A stretch of DNA of 33,011 bases from Parcubacteria bacterium C7867-008 (GCA_001189215.1 LFCR01000002.1:140677-173687); one strand, 5' to 3'; shown: positions 24,196 to 32,088, numbered from the stretch's first letter. A program made the numbers and translations. Notes: generated by a model not told the origin, from the letters alone.

Positions 24196-26382
24196 CTAAT
24201 AGTCTTCTTCGCTTTGAGTCTCTGCAGTAGCAGCACTGTTGTTACCAGAGAGTACATCACGTGGGCGTGAACCATCTGCAGGACCAATGACACCCTTTTC
24301 CTCAAGAATATCCATAAGACGTGCTGCACGAGAATATCCAATACGAAGCTTTCGCTGTAGGTACGAGGTAGAGGCGCGTCCGGCCTCCTCAACCGCTGCT
24401 TTCGCTTCACCGTATAGATCATCATCAACATCGTCATCTCCACCGGAAAGCATAATCGCATCGTTAGGTGCTTCCTGGACGGCACCGCCTGTACCAGCAC
24501 CAAGATCGAGACCGCCAAGCGTACCCGCATTGTGCTGCTTAATATAGGATACGACTTTCTTTACCTCTGTTTCACTGATGTAGGCAGTTTGAATACGTAC
24601 CGGTTTCTGCATATCAGCAGATTGGTAGAGCATGTCTCCTGAACCAAGGAGAAGTTCTGCACCTGATCCATCAAGAATAGTGCGAGAATCGATCTGACTT
24701 GCTACCTGGAGTGCCATACGAGTAGGGACGTTTGCCTTGATAAGGCCGGTGATGACGTTAACCGAAGGACGCTGTGTTGAGAGTACGAGGTGTATACCCA
24801 CAGCGCGGGACATCTGTGCTAGACGTACGATTGCCGCCTCAAGTTCGCGAGGGTAGGTCTGCATGATATCCGCAAGTTCATCGATAACAATTACGATGTA
24901 TGGCATTGCCTCAGGCATGTCTGCCTTTCCGCGTTTCTTCGCAGGCTCAAATACGGTCTTATGGTAGGAATCAATGTCGCGTACCTGTTCTTCTTCAAGG
25001 ATGGTGTAGCGTCGATCCATTTCCTTTGCTGCCCACTTGAGTGCCATGATGCACTTCTTAGGATCCGTGATAACGGGAGTCAGTAGGTGAGGGATACCAT
25101 TATATAGAGTGAGTTCAACACGCTTTGGATCCACCATGATGAACCGAAGTTGGTTAGGACCATTGCGATAGAGGAGGGAGGTGATAACGGCATGGATAGC
25201 CACTGACTTACCTGAACCCGTTGCACCGGCAATAAGGCCGTGTGGCATCTTAGCGATGTTTACGTAGTGAGGAGTTCCTGCAATATCACGACCAAGGCCA
25301 GCAAGGATTGGTTTGGTACTAGTGTTCCACTCAGGAGCAGAGAGCACGCCACCAAGACCAACCATCGCTTTTGATGCGTTCGGTACTTCAATACCAACAA
25401 GAGATTTGCCTGGGATAGGAGCTTCGATACGTACAGGATGTGCAGCAAGGGCTAGTTCGAGATTCTGCTGGAGTGCAACGATCTTCTGAAGACGTACTCC
25501 CTCCGCTGGCTTGATGGCATACCGAGTCACAGTCGGACCAACAGAGACTTCATCCATCTCTACAGAAATACCGAAGTTCTGGAACGTCCTCTTTATGATG
25601 TTTGCATTTGCCTTGATGTCTCCAACCCCTGGCTTGCCCTTGTCTTCTCCAAGCAGAGATACTGGAGGCGCATCATACTCTGCATCAAAGTTTGGAATAG
25701 CTGTACTTGAGGCTGAAACATTCTCTGGGCGATTGAAGTGAGTGATAGTCGGTTCTCGCTCCTCAACAGGCTGTTCCCCGGAGGCAGTTTGCTGTTCCTC
25801 ATCTGGTTCTTCAGTTTCTGCACGGTCCTCTTCATCTGTTTCACCCGAAGACCTGCGACCAGGGAGTCGTACCGCACCAATAGCATTACCAGCACGTGTG
25901 CCCATGTTTCCGATTGCCTGAGCTAACACCATTATGTCCGTCAGAATTCCTACACCGACTAGTATGAGAGCGAAGAGAAGAATCAATGCTCCCCATAGAC
26001 CAAAGAATTCTTCAGCAGCATGTCCGGCATAGAGACCAGCAGCTCCCCCAAGATTGGTTGAAAGATTCTGCGTGAGAATGCCCAAGAGTGTGAGAGTTGA
26101 GAAAACAATAATAGCGATTCCTGCTGCGGTGAGCGGGCTTACGAGCATGCGTTCCAAAATGATCGCCACACCTATAAGGATAATTACGATAGGGAGGAGG
26201 AAGGCGCCCACTCCAATAGTTCCAAATGCAAAACCAAAGACAGCTGAGCCTGCGATACCTGCTAGACCAAAGGCACCCAGTAGGAGGATTAGGCCCAGAC
26301 AAATAAGCAGTATCGATGCGACCCATTTAATGAGCGCACGGGAACTCTCCGCGTCTCTCTTTTTACTCTTTCGTTTTGCCAT
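24196..26382 (-). CDS. ftsK: DNA translocase FtsK/SpoIIIE
   Basis: 728 aa. N-terminal 4-5 TM segments and an acidic linker. Motor: GLIAGATGSGKSVAIH (Walker A), IVIVIDELADIM. Gamma wHTH: STSYLQRKLRIGYSRAARLMDILEEKGVIGP. TGgTAAAAT (26399-26391, minus) lies 8 nt upstream of the ATG. Confidence 0.95.
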   Translation of the reverse strand: MAKRKSKKRDAESSRALIKWVASILLICLGLILLLGAFGLAGIAGSAVFGFAFGTIGVGAFLLPIVIILIGVAIILERMLVSPLTAAGIAIIVFSTLTLLGILTQNLSTNLGGAAGLYAGHAAEEFFGLWGALILLFALILVGVGILTDIMVLAQAIGNMGTRAGNAIGAVRLPGRRSSGETDEEDRAETEEPDEEQQTASGEQPVEEREPTITHFNRPENVSASSTAIPNFDAEYDAPPVSLLGEDKGKPGVGDIKANANIIKRTFQNFGISVEMDEVSVGPTVTRYAIKPAEGVRLQKIVALQQNLELALAAHPVRIEAPIPGKSLVGIEVPNASKAMVGLGGVLSAPEWNTSTKPILAGLGRDIAGTPHYVNIAKMPHGLIAGATGSGKSVAIHAVITSLLYRNGPNQLRFIMVDPKRVELTLYNGIPHLLTPVITDPKKCIMALKWAAKEMDRRYTILEEEQVRDIDSYHKTVFEPAKKRGKADMPEAMPYIVIVIDELADIMQTYPRELEAAIVRLAQMSRAVGIHLVLSTQRPSVNVITGLIKANVPTRMALQVASQIDSRTILDGSGAELLLGSGDMLYQSADMQKPVRIQTAYISETEVKKVVSYIKQHNAGTLGGLDLGAGTGGAVQEAPNDAIMLSGGDDDVDDDLYGEAKAAVEEAGRASTSYLQRKLRIGYSRAARLMDILEEKGVIGPADGSRPRDVLSGNNSAATAETQSEEDY

Positions 26383-26522
26383 GTATCAGTATTTTACCAC
26401 CTTGCGTCTAAGTGTGATCACTAAAACTTCAGAGAATCAAAGACACTCAGGTAAAAGCTTTTCAAAGAGGAGCAGAGGGGTATACTTGTCCTTGAAGACC
26501 GATAAATTCATATAAGACATAC

Positions 26523-27344
26523 ATGGGTGATAAGGGACAAATAAAAGACACACAGATATCTAAGACGCATGAGAATAAGGCGTCTAGTACTGATTTCGTC
26601 CTAGAAAAAAGCATATTCTCAAACATTTTTGAAAAGGACATACGTAGAGTTTACATCTATAAAAAGGTAGAACGTCTCGCCAAAGCCATTCATCTTGTTG
26701 GTCCAGCATTTAGAAATTCACCTGCACTGCGCGATCGTATGGACCATGTCGCCGTGGGTCTGGTGGACGCAGCTATACTTCCTCCTAGTTCAGCACGAGA
26801 CGCTCTGTCACGTGAACTATTGGCACTCTCAAGCGTGCTCTCAATTGGACGCACCGGAGGTCTTCTTTCGAGCATGAACGCCGAACTCATTGCTAGAGAA
26901 GCACACACTCTTCTTCAAGAAATTGCTGCATACGAAGAACCACGACTCTTCCTAGATGACGCGCCGTCACTAGCAGAGTTAGCCAAGGAGCTTGCCTCGG
27001 AGCGACACACTACCTCATCTAGTCATCCAGCTCATGTTCAACAGGCCCTTCGTGTCCCGAGCGAACACCAGAGCAAAATGCAGGGGCCTCATTCAAGAAC
27101 CATGGCAACTTCTGATAAAGGACACATAAAGGACAAATTGAAACTATCGGACAAAAATAGCGACCGACAAGAAGCAATCATTTCAGTACTTCGTTCCAAA
27201 GGCCCTTCTTATATAAAGGATGTTTCAACCGTAATTCGTGATGTTAGCGAAAAGACCATTCAGCGTGAGCTACAAACTCTCGTAGAGCAGGGAACAGTGG
27301 TCCGTAACGGAGAGCGTCGTTGGACTACCTACGCCCTTTCTTAA
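26523..27344 (+). CDS. Putative DNA-binding protein: helical N-terminal domain plus C-terminal winged-helix (DeoR/HTH_11-like)
   Basis: 273 aa. The C-terminus RQEAIISVLRSKGPSYIKDVSTVIRDVSEKTIQRELQTLVEQGTVVRNGERRWTTYAL is wHTH-like. TATAAG (26511-26516) lies 6 nt upstream of the ATG. Confidence 0.6.
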   Translation: MGDKGQIKDTQISKTHENKASSTDFVLEKSIFSNIFEKDIRRVYIYKKVERLAKAIHLVGPAFRNSPALRDRMDHVAVGLVDAAILPPSSARDALSRELLALSSVLSIGRTGGLLSSMNAELIAREAHTLLQEIAAYEEPRLFLDDAPSLAELAKELASERHTTSSSHPAHVQQALRVPSEHQSKMQGPHSRTMATSDKGHIKDKLKLSDKNSDRQEAIISVLRSKGPSYIKDVSTVIRDVSEKTIQRELQTLVEQGTVVRNGERRWTTYALS

Positions 27345-27379
27345 GGAGAAAACCTGATCTAAATAGAAGCCGGTCTTCG

Positions 27380-27408
27380 TTGACTTTCTTCATGAAAACA
27401 CCTATGCT
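27380..27408 (+). promoter_or_regulatory. Sigma70-like promoter inside the long spacer
   Basis: TTGACT (27380-27385), 17-nt spacer, TATGCT (27403-27408). Confidence 0.35.
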
Positions 27409-27857
27409 TCGGGCTTGGGATAGCAGGAGAAATCTACCCAGATTTCCGGTTATCCACATTCGCGTATAGCTGTTTAGCACCTGCAGCTCTGTATACTTAC
27501 ACGGTACACAGAACGCATGGGGCGTAACGCTGAAACGGTTGAACGTTGACATTAACCAGGGCTTCACTTTGGTTCTGCTAAAGAGAACCCCGGACATAGT
27601 GCTCAGCAAAAGCATAGTGCTCGTCACGTAAGAAGTGGCGAGCCGGCCCGTCTCCTTTATCGGAGTGCGGGCATTCAGCACGGAAGCACTATACCGATAC
27701 GGATGGATACGGAATGCTACTGAATTTTGCCAACTAGCCGATGGGGCGCGGGTCGATACTGCGTCTTGTCGGGTAGTAAAGGAATGTTCGAAAACGGTGA
27801 GTCTCTTCGGAGTTTCATTGATTACAAAAATGCAAGCGGGTGTGTGCGATGCACTTT
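27409..27857 (+). ncRNA. Candidate structured RNA or long 5' leader, family unknown
   Basis: Hairpins at 27429-27446, 27571-27589, 27619-27643, 27646-27672 and 27799-27816 (UUCG loop). Alternative pairings around 27671-27725 and short direct repeats. No credible ORF on the + strand. Confidence 0.3.
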
Positions 27858-27914
27858 TAGTATTTATCGCACCGCACACGCTTCGTTCAAAAACTAATTA
27901 CAAAAGCAATTGTT

Positions 27915-29912
27915 ATGACAACTGCAACAACAAACGTAGTTGCAAAGATCGCAGCAGTCGTCGCAGGCCTCGGCCTCGTCGCTATGTCCTTTGCACCTGC
28001 AGTAAAGGCTGATACGACTTCTGACCTTCAGGCTCAGATCGCATCACTTCTCGCACAGATTTCATCACTTCAGTCTCAAATGGCTGGTGGTTCAACAAGT
28101 GCAAGCGTTATGTTCTCTAAGGACCTTACTATGGGTTCTCAGGGTTCTGACGTAACAGCTCTTCAGAACTGGCTTATCAGCAAGGGCTTTGCAATCACAG
28201 CTGGCGCTACCGGATACTTCGGTGCACAGACTAAGGCTGCTCTCGCTGCATACCAGGCTTCTGTAGGCATCTCTCCAGCAGCTGGATACTTTGGCCCGGT
28301 AACACGCGCTAAGGTAAACGCTTCTGCAGGTGGTACTACAGGCGGAACTACTGGAGGTACTACTGGTGGCAACACTGGTGGACTCAAGGGTGGTGAAGCT
28401 GATCTTCGTGATTTCAACCTCCGCTCTGAGGAATCAGACGGTAACGAGGGTGAGACCGACGTAGAAGTAGCTACTGCTGAGTTCGATGTAGACAGTGGCG
28501 ATGTAAAGGTTGAGCGTGCTGAGCTCACCATTCACGCAACAAACTCATCTCTCGAAGACAAGCCTTGGGACTTCATCGACAGCGTGTCGGTATGGTCTGA
28601 TGGCAAGAAGGTCGCTGAGATGAACGCAGACAGCCGTGAGGATTGGGACGAGGAGAACGTAGAGGCTTCTATCTTCGGTGGTTCAAACACTGACGATCAG
28701 TACACTATGTCTCTCGCAGGTCTCAACCACATCGTTCGTGAGGACGACATGGCAGAGCTCACATTCTCATTCGACATCAGCGATGATATCGATGATGCTG
28801 ATCTCGATCAGGAGTTCGAAGTAGCGGTTCTCGATGACGGTATCCGTGCTGTTGACTCCGAAGGAGTTGATCAGTACACAGGTAGCGACAGCGAGCTCGT
28901 AACCTTCGGTTTCGGATCTCAGGAGAACGGTAATCTCTCAATCCGCGAGGGTGATGAGAACCCTGATTCCGCTACTCTCAAGGTAGAGGATGATGAGACT
29001 TCTAACGAATACACAGTATTCGCATTCGAAATCCGTAACTCTGATGATTCAGACACACTCATCACTGATCTTACAATCCAGGCCACAACTTCTGACACTG
29101 GCAGCTTCTCTGACGTTGTACGAAATGCAACTCTCGTAGCTGACGGCGAGGAATTCGATGGTGATATCAACAACGTCGGTTCAAACGGCGATGGAAATAT
29201 CAGCTTCGATGACATGGATCTTCAGATCGATGGTGACAGCACAACAGCTTTCGAGCTTCGTGTTGAATTCGCATCACAGTCTGGTCACTACTCTGACGGC
29301 ACGACTGTCCTCTTCGGTCTTACCGCACAGGATGTTGAGGCTGAAGGTGTAGAGAGCGGTGACGATGTAGAACTTGCAGACATTGGTGGATCAGCAGCGT
29401 CTGAGACCCACACTGTTGCCCTCACCGGCTTCGATGTTGCTCCAGTATCTACATCTGAATCAGTTCAGACAACTGATACGATTGGTAACTCTTACGGAAC
29501 CTTCGTAATCAAGTTCGATGTTACTGCTGACGAGGACGATCCAACCTTCATTGACAACACCGCAGCAAGCAGCTCGGCTTCAGCTTCAACAACCGTTGGT
29601 GCTGTATACCGTGTCCTTCGTGACGGTGCAGTCTTCGCAGGTGTGTTCGATTCTTCGAACTCAGTTCTTACATCTACTGCAGATATGGAGAGCGGTGCGT
29701 ACCGTGTTGATGCAGGTGACACTGAGACATTCACTCTCACTGTTACTATCAACCCGGCTACAGCTGGTCTCTACGCAGTTGAGCTCTACGGTGTTAACTA
29801 CGCATCAACAGCTGCGCTAGCAACATCTGGTAGCGCATCTGACAACAGCACGTTCGCTGTCGACACAGATAACTCTGAGTTCGAGACCGATCCTGCTAAC
29901 ATCCCTGTCTAA
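27915..29912 (+). CDS. Secreted peptidoglycan-binding protein with a large acidic beta-rich C-terminal region
   Basis: 665 aa. Signal peptide (..VAMSFAPAVKA/DT), coiled segment LQAQIASLLAQISSLQSQ, PG_binding_1-like GSQGSDVTALQNWLISKGF...GYFGAQTKAALAAYQ...GYFGPVTRAKV, a (GGTT)n linker, then ~480 Asp/Glu/Ser/Thr-rich residues. Confidence 0.75.
   Translation: MTTATTNVVAKIAAVVAGLGLVAMSFAPAVKADTTSDLQAQIASLLAQISSLQSQMAGGSTSASVMFSKDLTMGSQGSDVTALQNWLISKGFAITAGATGYFGAQTKAALAAYQASVGISPAAGYFGPVTRAKVNASAGGTTGGTTGGTTGGNTGGLKGGEADLRDFNLRSEESDGNEGETDVEVATAEFDVDSGDVKVERAELTIHATNSSLEDKPWDFIDSVSVWSDGKKVAEMNADSREDWDEENVEASIFGGSNTDDQYTMSLAGLNHIVREDDMAELTFSFDISDDIDDADLDQEFEVAVLDDGIRAVDSEGVDQYTGSDSELVTFGFGSQENGNLSIREGDENPDSATLKVEDDETSNEYTVFAFEIRNSDDSDTLITDLTIQATTSDTGSFSDVVRNATLVADGEEFDGDINNVGSNGDGNISFDDMDLQIDGDSTTAFELRVEFASQSGHYSDGTTVLFGLTAQDVEAEGVESGDDVELADIGGSAASETHTVALTGFDVAPVSTSESVQTTDTIGNSYGTFVIKFDVTADEDDPTFIDNTAASSSASASTTVGAVYRVLRDGAVFAGVFDSSNSVLTSTADMESGAYRVDAGDTETFTLTVTINPATAGLYAVELYGVNYASTAALATSGSASDNSTFAVDTDNSEFETDPANIPV
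28329..28382 (+). repeat. Tandem 12-nt coding repeat (GGN GGN ACN ACN) x4.5 encoding GGTTGGTTGGTTGGNTGG
   Basis: ggtggtactaca / ggcggaactact / ggaggtactact / ggtggcaacact / ggtgga. Confidence 0.8.
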
Positions 29913-29952
29913 TAGCGACGAGAGCAATCTCGCTTAGCTACTAGCTAGAGAA

Positions 29953-29984
29953 AGCAAAAGCCCCGCGAAAGCGGGGCTTTTGCT
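29953..29984 (+). terminator. Intrinsic terminator after the PG-binding protein gene
   Basis: Perfect 14-bp stem AGCAAAAGCCCCGC / GCGGGGCTTTTGCT with GAAA loop. Confidence 0.8.
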
Positions 29985-30010
29985 ATATGTATATGGTATT
30001 CTCACAATAT

Positions 30011-30145
30011 ATGGCAGATGACCCACGCGACCAGAAGGAAATGCGCTCATCCGTACTCCACTTCATGACCTTTACCGGTGGATTTCTGATTATCCTCACC
30101 GTAGCTTTGTCGCTTTTCAGCTACACCTCAGCTTCAGGAGTATAA
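30011..30145 (+). CDS. Possible 44-aa single-TM protein
   Basis: Not in the track (under 60 aa). MADDPRDQKEMRSSVLHFMTFTGGFLIILTVALSLFSYTSASGV. TGgTATTCT (29994-30002) lies 8 nt upstream of the ATG, matching the local leaderless pattern. No SecE-like motif seen. Confidence 0.4.
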   Translation: MADDPRDQKEMRSSVLHFMTFTGGFLIILTVALSLFSYTSASGV

Positions 30146-30147
30146 GT

Positions 30148-30176
30148 TTGCGCATTGGGAGTCTTCATCGTATAGT
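30148..30176 (+). promoter_or_regulatory. Sigma70-like promoter for rplJ-rplL
   Basis: TTGCGC (30148-30153), 17-nt spacer, TATAGT (30171-30176). Confidence 0.45.
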
Positions 30177-30287
30177 CTCAGGGTACGGACCGAAGACAGC
30201 GAGCATCTTTGCTTTAGAGCAGGGAAGAAGACTCGCCGAGGGAAGGACAGGAAATGTATACGCATTTTCTTTCCGACTTGTCTCCAC

Positions 30288-30321
30288 GAACGGTCCACGC
30301 AGCATGCTGCGCGGACCGTTC
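30288..30321 (+). promoter_or_regulatory. Long near-perfect hairpin in the rplJ 5' leader (possible L10 autoregulatory or attenuator element)
   Basis: GAACGGTCCACGCAGC / GCTGCGCGGACCGTTC gives 16 positions with one A-C mismatch. It lies 28 nt upstream of the rplJ ATG. Confidence 0.4.
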
Positions 30322-30348
30322 ACGTTTCGTACATAACAAACCCAGCAC

Positions 30349-30843
30349 ATGGCAATTACCAAACAAAAGAAAGAGGATATCGTCGGAAAGGTCGGCGAAG
30401 CACTCGAGAACGCGGCTTCCGTTGTTTTCGTGCACTTCAAGGGTCTCTCAGTGGCAGACACCTCTGCGATGCGCAAGAGCTTGAAGGGCGAGGGTATTGG
30501 CTACTACGTAGCTAAGAAGACTCTCCTTCGACGTGCACTTGAGGCGAAAGGATACACAGGATCAATTCCGGAACTTCCGGGTGAGATCGCAGTAGCGTGG
30601 AGCAACTCAGATGTGACGAGCGCACCGCGCGGAATCTTCGAACACGGCAAGAAGCACAAGGATGCGCTCTCTATCGTTGGCGGTGTATTCGATGGTTCAT
30701 ACCTCGATGCGCGCGCAATGATGGCAGTAGCTACCATCCCACCGGTACCGGTACTTCGTGGCATGTTCGTCAACGTGATCAACAGCCCAATCCAGGGTCT
30801 CGTAATCGCGCTCGACCAGATTGCGCAGAAGAAGGCAGCATAA
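30349..30843 (+). CDS. rplJ: 50S ribosomal protein L10
   Basis: 164 aa. KQKKEDIVGKVGEALENAASVVFVHFKGLSVADTSAMRKSLKGEG..YYVAKKTLLRRAL. Adjacent to rplL. Confidence 0.9.
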   Translation: MAITKQKKEDIVGKVGEALENAASVVFVHFKGLSVADTSAMRKSLKGEGIGYYVAKKTLLRRALEAKGYTGSIPELPGEIAVAWSNSDVTSAPRGIFEHGKKHKDALSIVGGVFDGSYLDARAMMAVATIPPVPVLRGMFVNVINSPIQGLVIALDQIAQKKAA

Positions 30844-30871
30844 CTCTTAGAAACGTTTTAATTACAATCAT

Positions 30872-31357
30872 ATGGATGAAATCAAGGATGAGACCGTGGT
30901 AGAGACGTCTGAAGAGACTTCACTTCCAGTGGCAGAAGAGACTCCTGTTGCAGCACCTGCAGCAGAAGAGGTGGAGGTAGAAGTACCTGCAAAGTTCAAG
31001 AAGATCGTCTCTGAAATTGAGGAGATGAGCGTCATGGAGCTTTCTGAGCTCGTGAAGGTCTTCGAGAAGAAGTTCGGAGTTTCTGCAGCTGCAGTAGCAG
31101 TTGCTGGACCAGCAGCAGGTGGTGCAGCAGGTGGTGAGGACGAGAAGTCCACAGCAACTGTTGAGCTTACTGACGCAGGTGCAAACAAGATTTCCGTGAT
31201 CAAGGTGGTCAAGGAAGTACTTGCACTCGGTCTTAAGGAAGCTAAGGACCTCGTTGACGGCGTACCTAGCGTTCTCAAGGAGAACATCAGCAAGGACGAA
31301 GCTAACGAGCTCAAGAAGAAGCTCGAAGAGGCTGGTGCAAAGGTTACCCTCAAGTAA
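30872..31357 (+). CDS. rplL: 50S ribosomal protein L7/L12 with ~40-aa acidic N-terminal extension
   Basis: The canonical part starts at [30 protein letters not shown] and ends at ...[51 protein letters not shown]. Confidence 0.9.
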   Translation: MDEIKDETVVETSEETSLPVAEETPVAAPAAEEVEVEVPAKFKKIVSEIEEMSVMELSELVKVFEKKFGVSAAAVAVAGPAAGGAAGGEDEKSTATVELTDAGANKISVIKVVKEVLALGLKEAKDLVDGVPSVLKENISKDEANELKKKLEEAGAKVTLK

Positions 31358-31379
31358 TCTTACTCATAATCTAGCGAAT

Positions 31380-31415
31380 AAAGGACACGCCCCGCATACG
31401 CGGGGCGTGTCCTTT
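31380..31415 (+). terminator. Intrinsic terminator after rplL
   Basis: Perfect 16-bp stem AAAGGACACGCCCCGC / GCGGGGCGTGTCCTTT with loop ATAC. Confidence 0.8.
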
Positions 31416-31493
31416 ACCATTTGGTATCCCCGAAGTGAAGGTCGTCAAGACTTGTGCAGAGCTATAAAAGACAGGTACAATGCCATCACTTAC

Positions 31494-32069
31494 ATGGATC
31501 CTCTTGCCCGCCTGTTTGGTTCATTTGCCCGCCTCAAACTGATTCGTCTCTTCCTATTCAATGACGATACAGCGTTCGGCGTTACAGATATTTCGTTCCG
31601 TACGAAGACTCCTAAAGACCAGGTACGAAAGGAAATTACACAGTTACTTGCAGCAGAAGTAATTCGTAAGCGTACAGGGAAGGGGGTTGCAGCATATATT
31701 GCGAACAAGCGTTTCAATCATTACGAAGCCCTCATGGCATTCATGCGTGCCACTACGGATCTCAATGATGCAGATATAGTTGCAATACTTAAGAAAGCAG
31801 GAGCGCTTCGCTTGGTGGCAATGTCCGGACTCTTCACTGGTGCCATAGAGACAAAAATAGATCTTCTTATTGTTGGAGACAATCTTGATGACAAGCACCT
31901 AGAAGCAGCAGTACATTCTCTCGAAGCACATTTCGGACGCGAATTATCGTATGCTTCGTTTAGTACGGAAGACTTCCGCTATCGTGTAGGGGTCTATGAT
32001 CGCCTGATTCGTGATGTCTTTGATTACCCGCACCGCACTATCCTCGATAAGATCGGGATCCGAGCCTAA
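31494..32069 (+). CDS. Putative wHTH protein with C-terminal nucleotidyltransferase-like segment
   Basis: 191 aa from the ATG at 31494; the track ORF from 31221 overlaps rplL and its terminator. N-terminus FARLKLIRLFLFNDDTAFGVTDISFRTKTPKDQVRKEITQLLAAEVIRKR is ArsR/wHTH-like. The C-terminus has GLFTGAIETKIDLLIVGD, reminiscent of minimal NTase folds. Confidence 0.5.
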   Translation: MDPLARLFGSFARLKLIRLFLFNDDTAFGVTDISFRTKTPKDQVRKEITQLLAAEVIRKRTGKGVAAYIANKRFNHYEALMAFMRATTDLNDADIVAILKKAGALRLVAMSGLFTGAIETKIDLLIVGDNLDDKHLEAAVHSLEAHFGRELSYASFSTEDFRYRVGVYDRLIRDVFDYPHRTILDKIGIRA

Positions 32070-32070
32070 G

Positions 32071-32088
32071 AGCCCTGTCCACAGGGCT
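32071..32088 (+). terminator. Weak hairpin after the 31494 ORF
   Basis: AGCCCTG / CAGGGCT with loop TCCA. No U-tract. Confidence 0.3.

Noticed and set aside
26414-26421. Palindrome GTGATCAC in the ftsK/wHTH divergent promoter region, as a possible operator.
   Set aside because: It is only 8 bp and occurs once, so it is within chance expectation.
27450-27458. Perfect DnaA box TTATCCACA, suggesting oriC.
   Set aside because: It is a single copy with no cluster of boxes, no AT-rich unwinding element and no dnaA/dnaN nearby. About 0.25 perfect 9-mers are expected by chance in 33 kb on both strands.
27325-27879. 184-aa minus-strand ORF spanning the long spacer.
   Set aside because: It has a GTG start and overlaps the 3' end of the convergent gene. 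Its composition is Ser/Thr/Arg/Phe/Cys-rich and unlike a normal protein. It lies antisense to a promoter and a chain of hairpins. The stop-free frame is better explained by a constrained RNA region, but it should still be checked by homology search.
27345-27914. Identity of the spacer as RNase P RNA, tmRNA, SRP/6S RNA, or a cobalamin or c-di-AMP riboswitch.
   Set aside because: RNase P fails: only one CRV-like string (AGAGAACCCCGGAC, 27582-27595) is present, with no GGAAAGUCCGGG partner and in the wrong position. tmRNA fails: GGGGCG at 27519 has no complementary ACGCCCC-ACCA 3' end, T-arm or tag ORF. No SRP GGAA/AGCA domain IV is present. The B12-box-like fragments lie on the strand with no downstream gene. 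These are eye-based rejections only.
30868-31353. 161-aa ORF antisense to rplL. Similar antisense ORFs lie at 23156-23854 (recA), 26054-26515 (ftsK), 28163-28531 and 29492-29752 (PG-binding gene), and 11368-11814 (ileS).
   Set aside because: These are mirror-frame artefacts of Ala/Glu/Ser/Thr-rich or strongly biased coding regions. Each is fully contained in a confidently identified gene and has no start signals.
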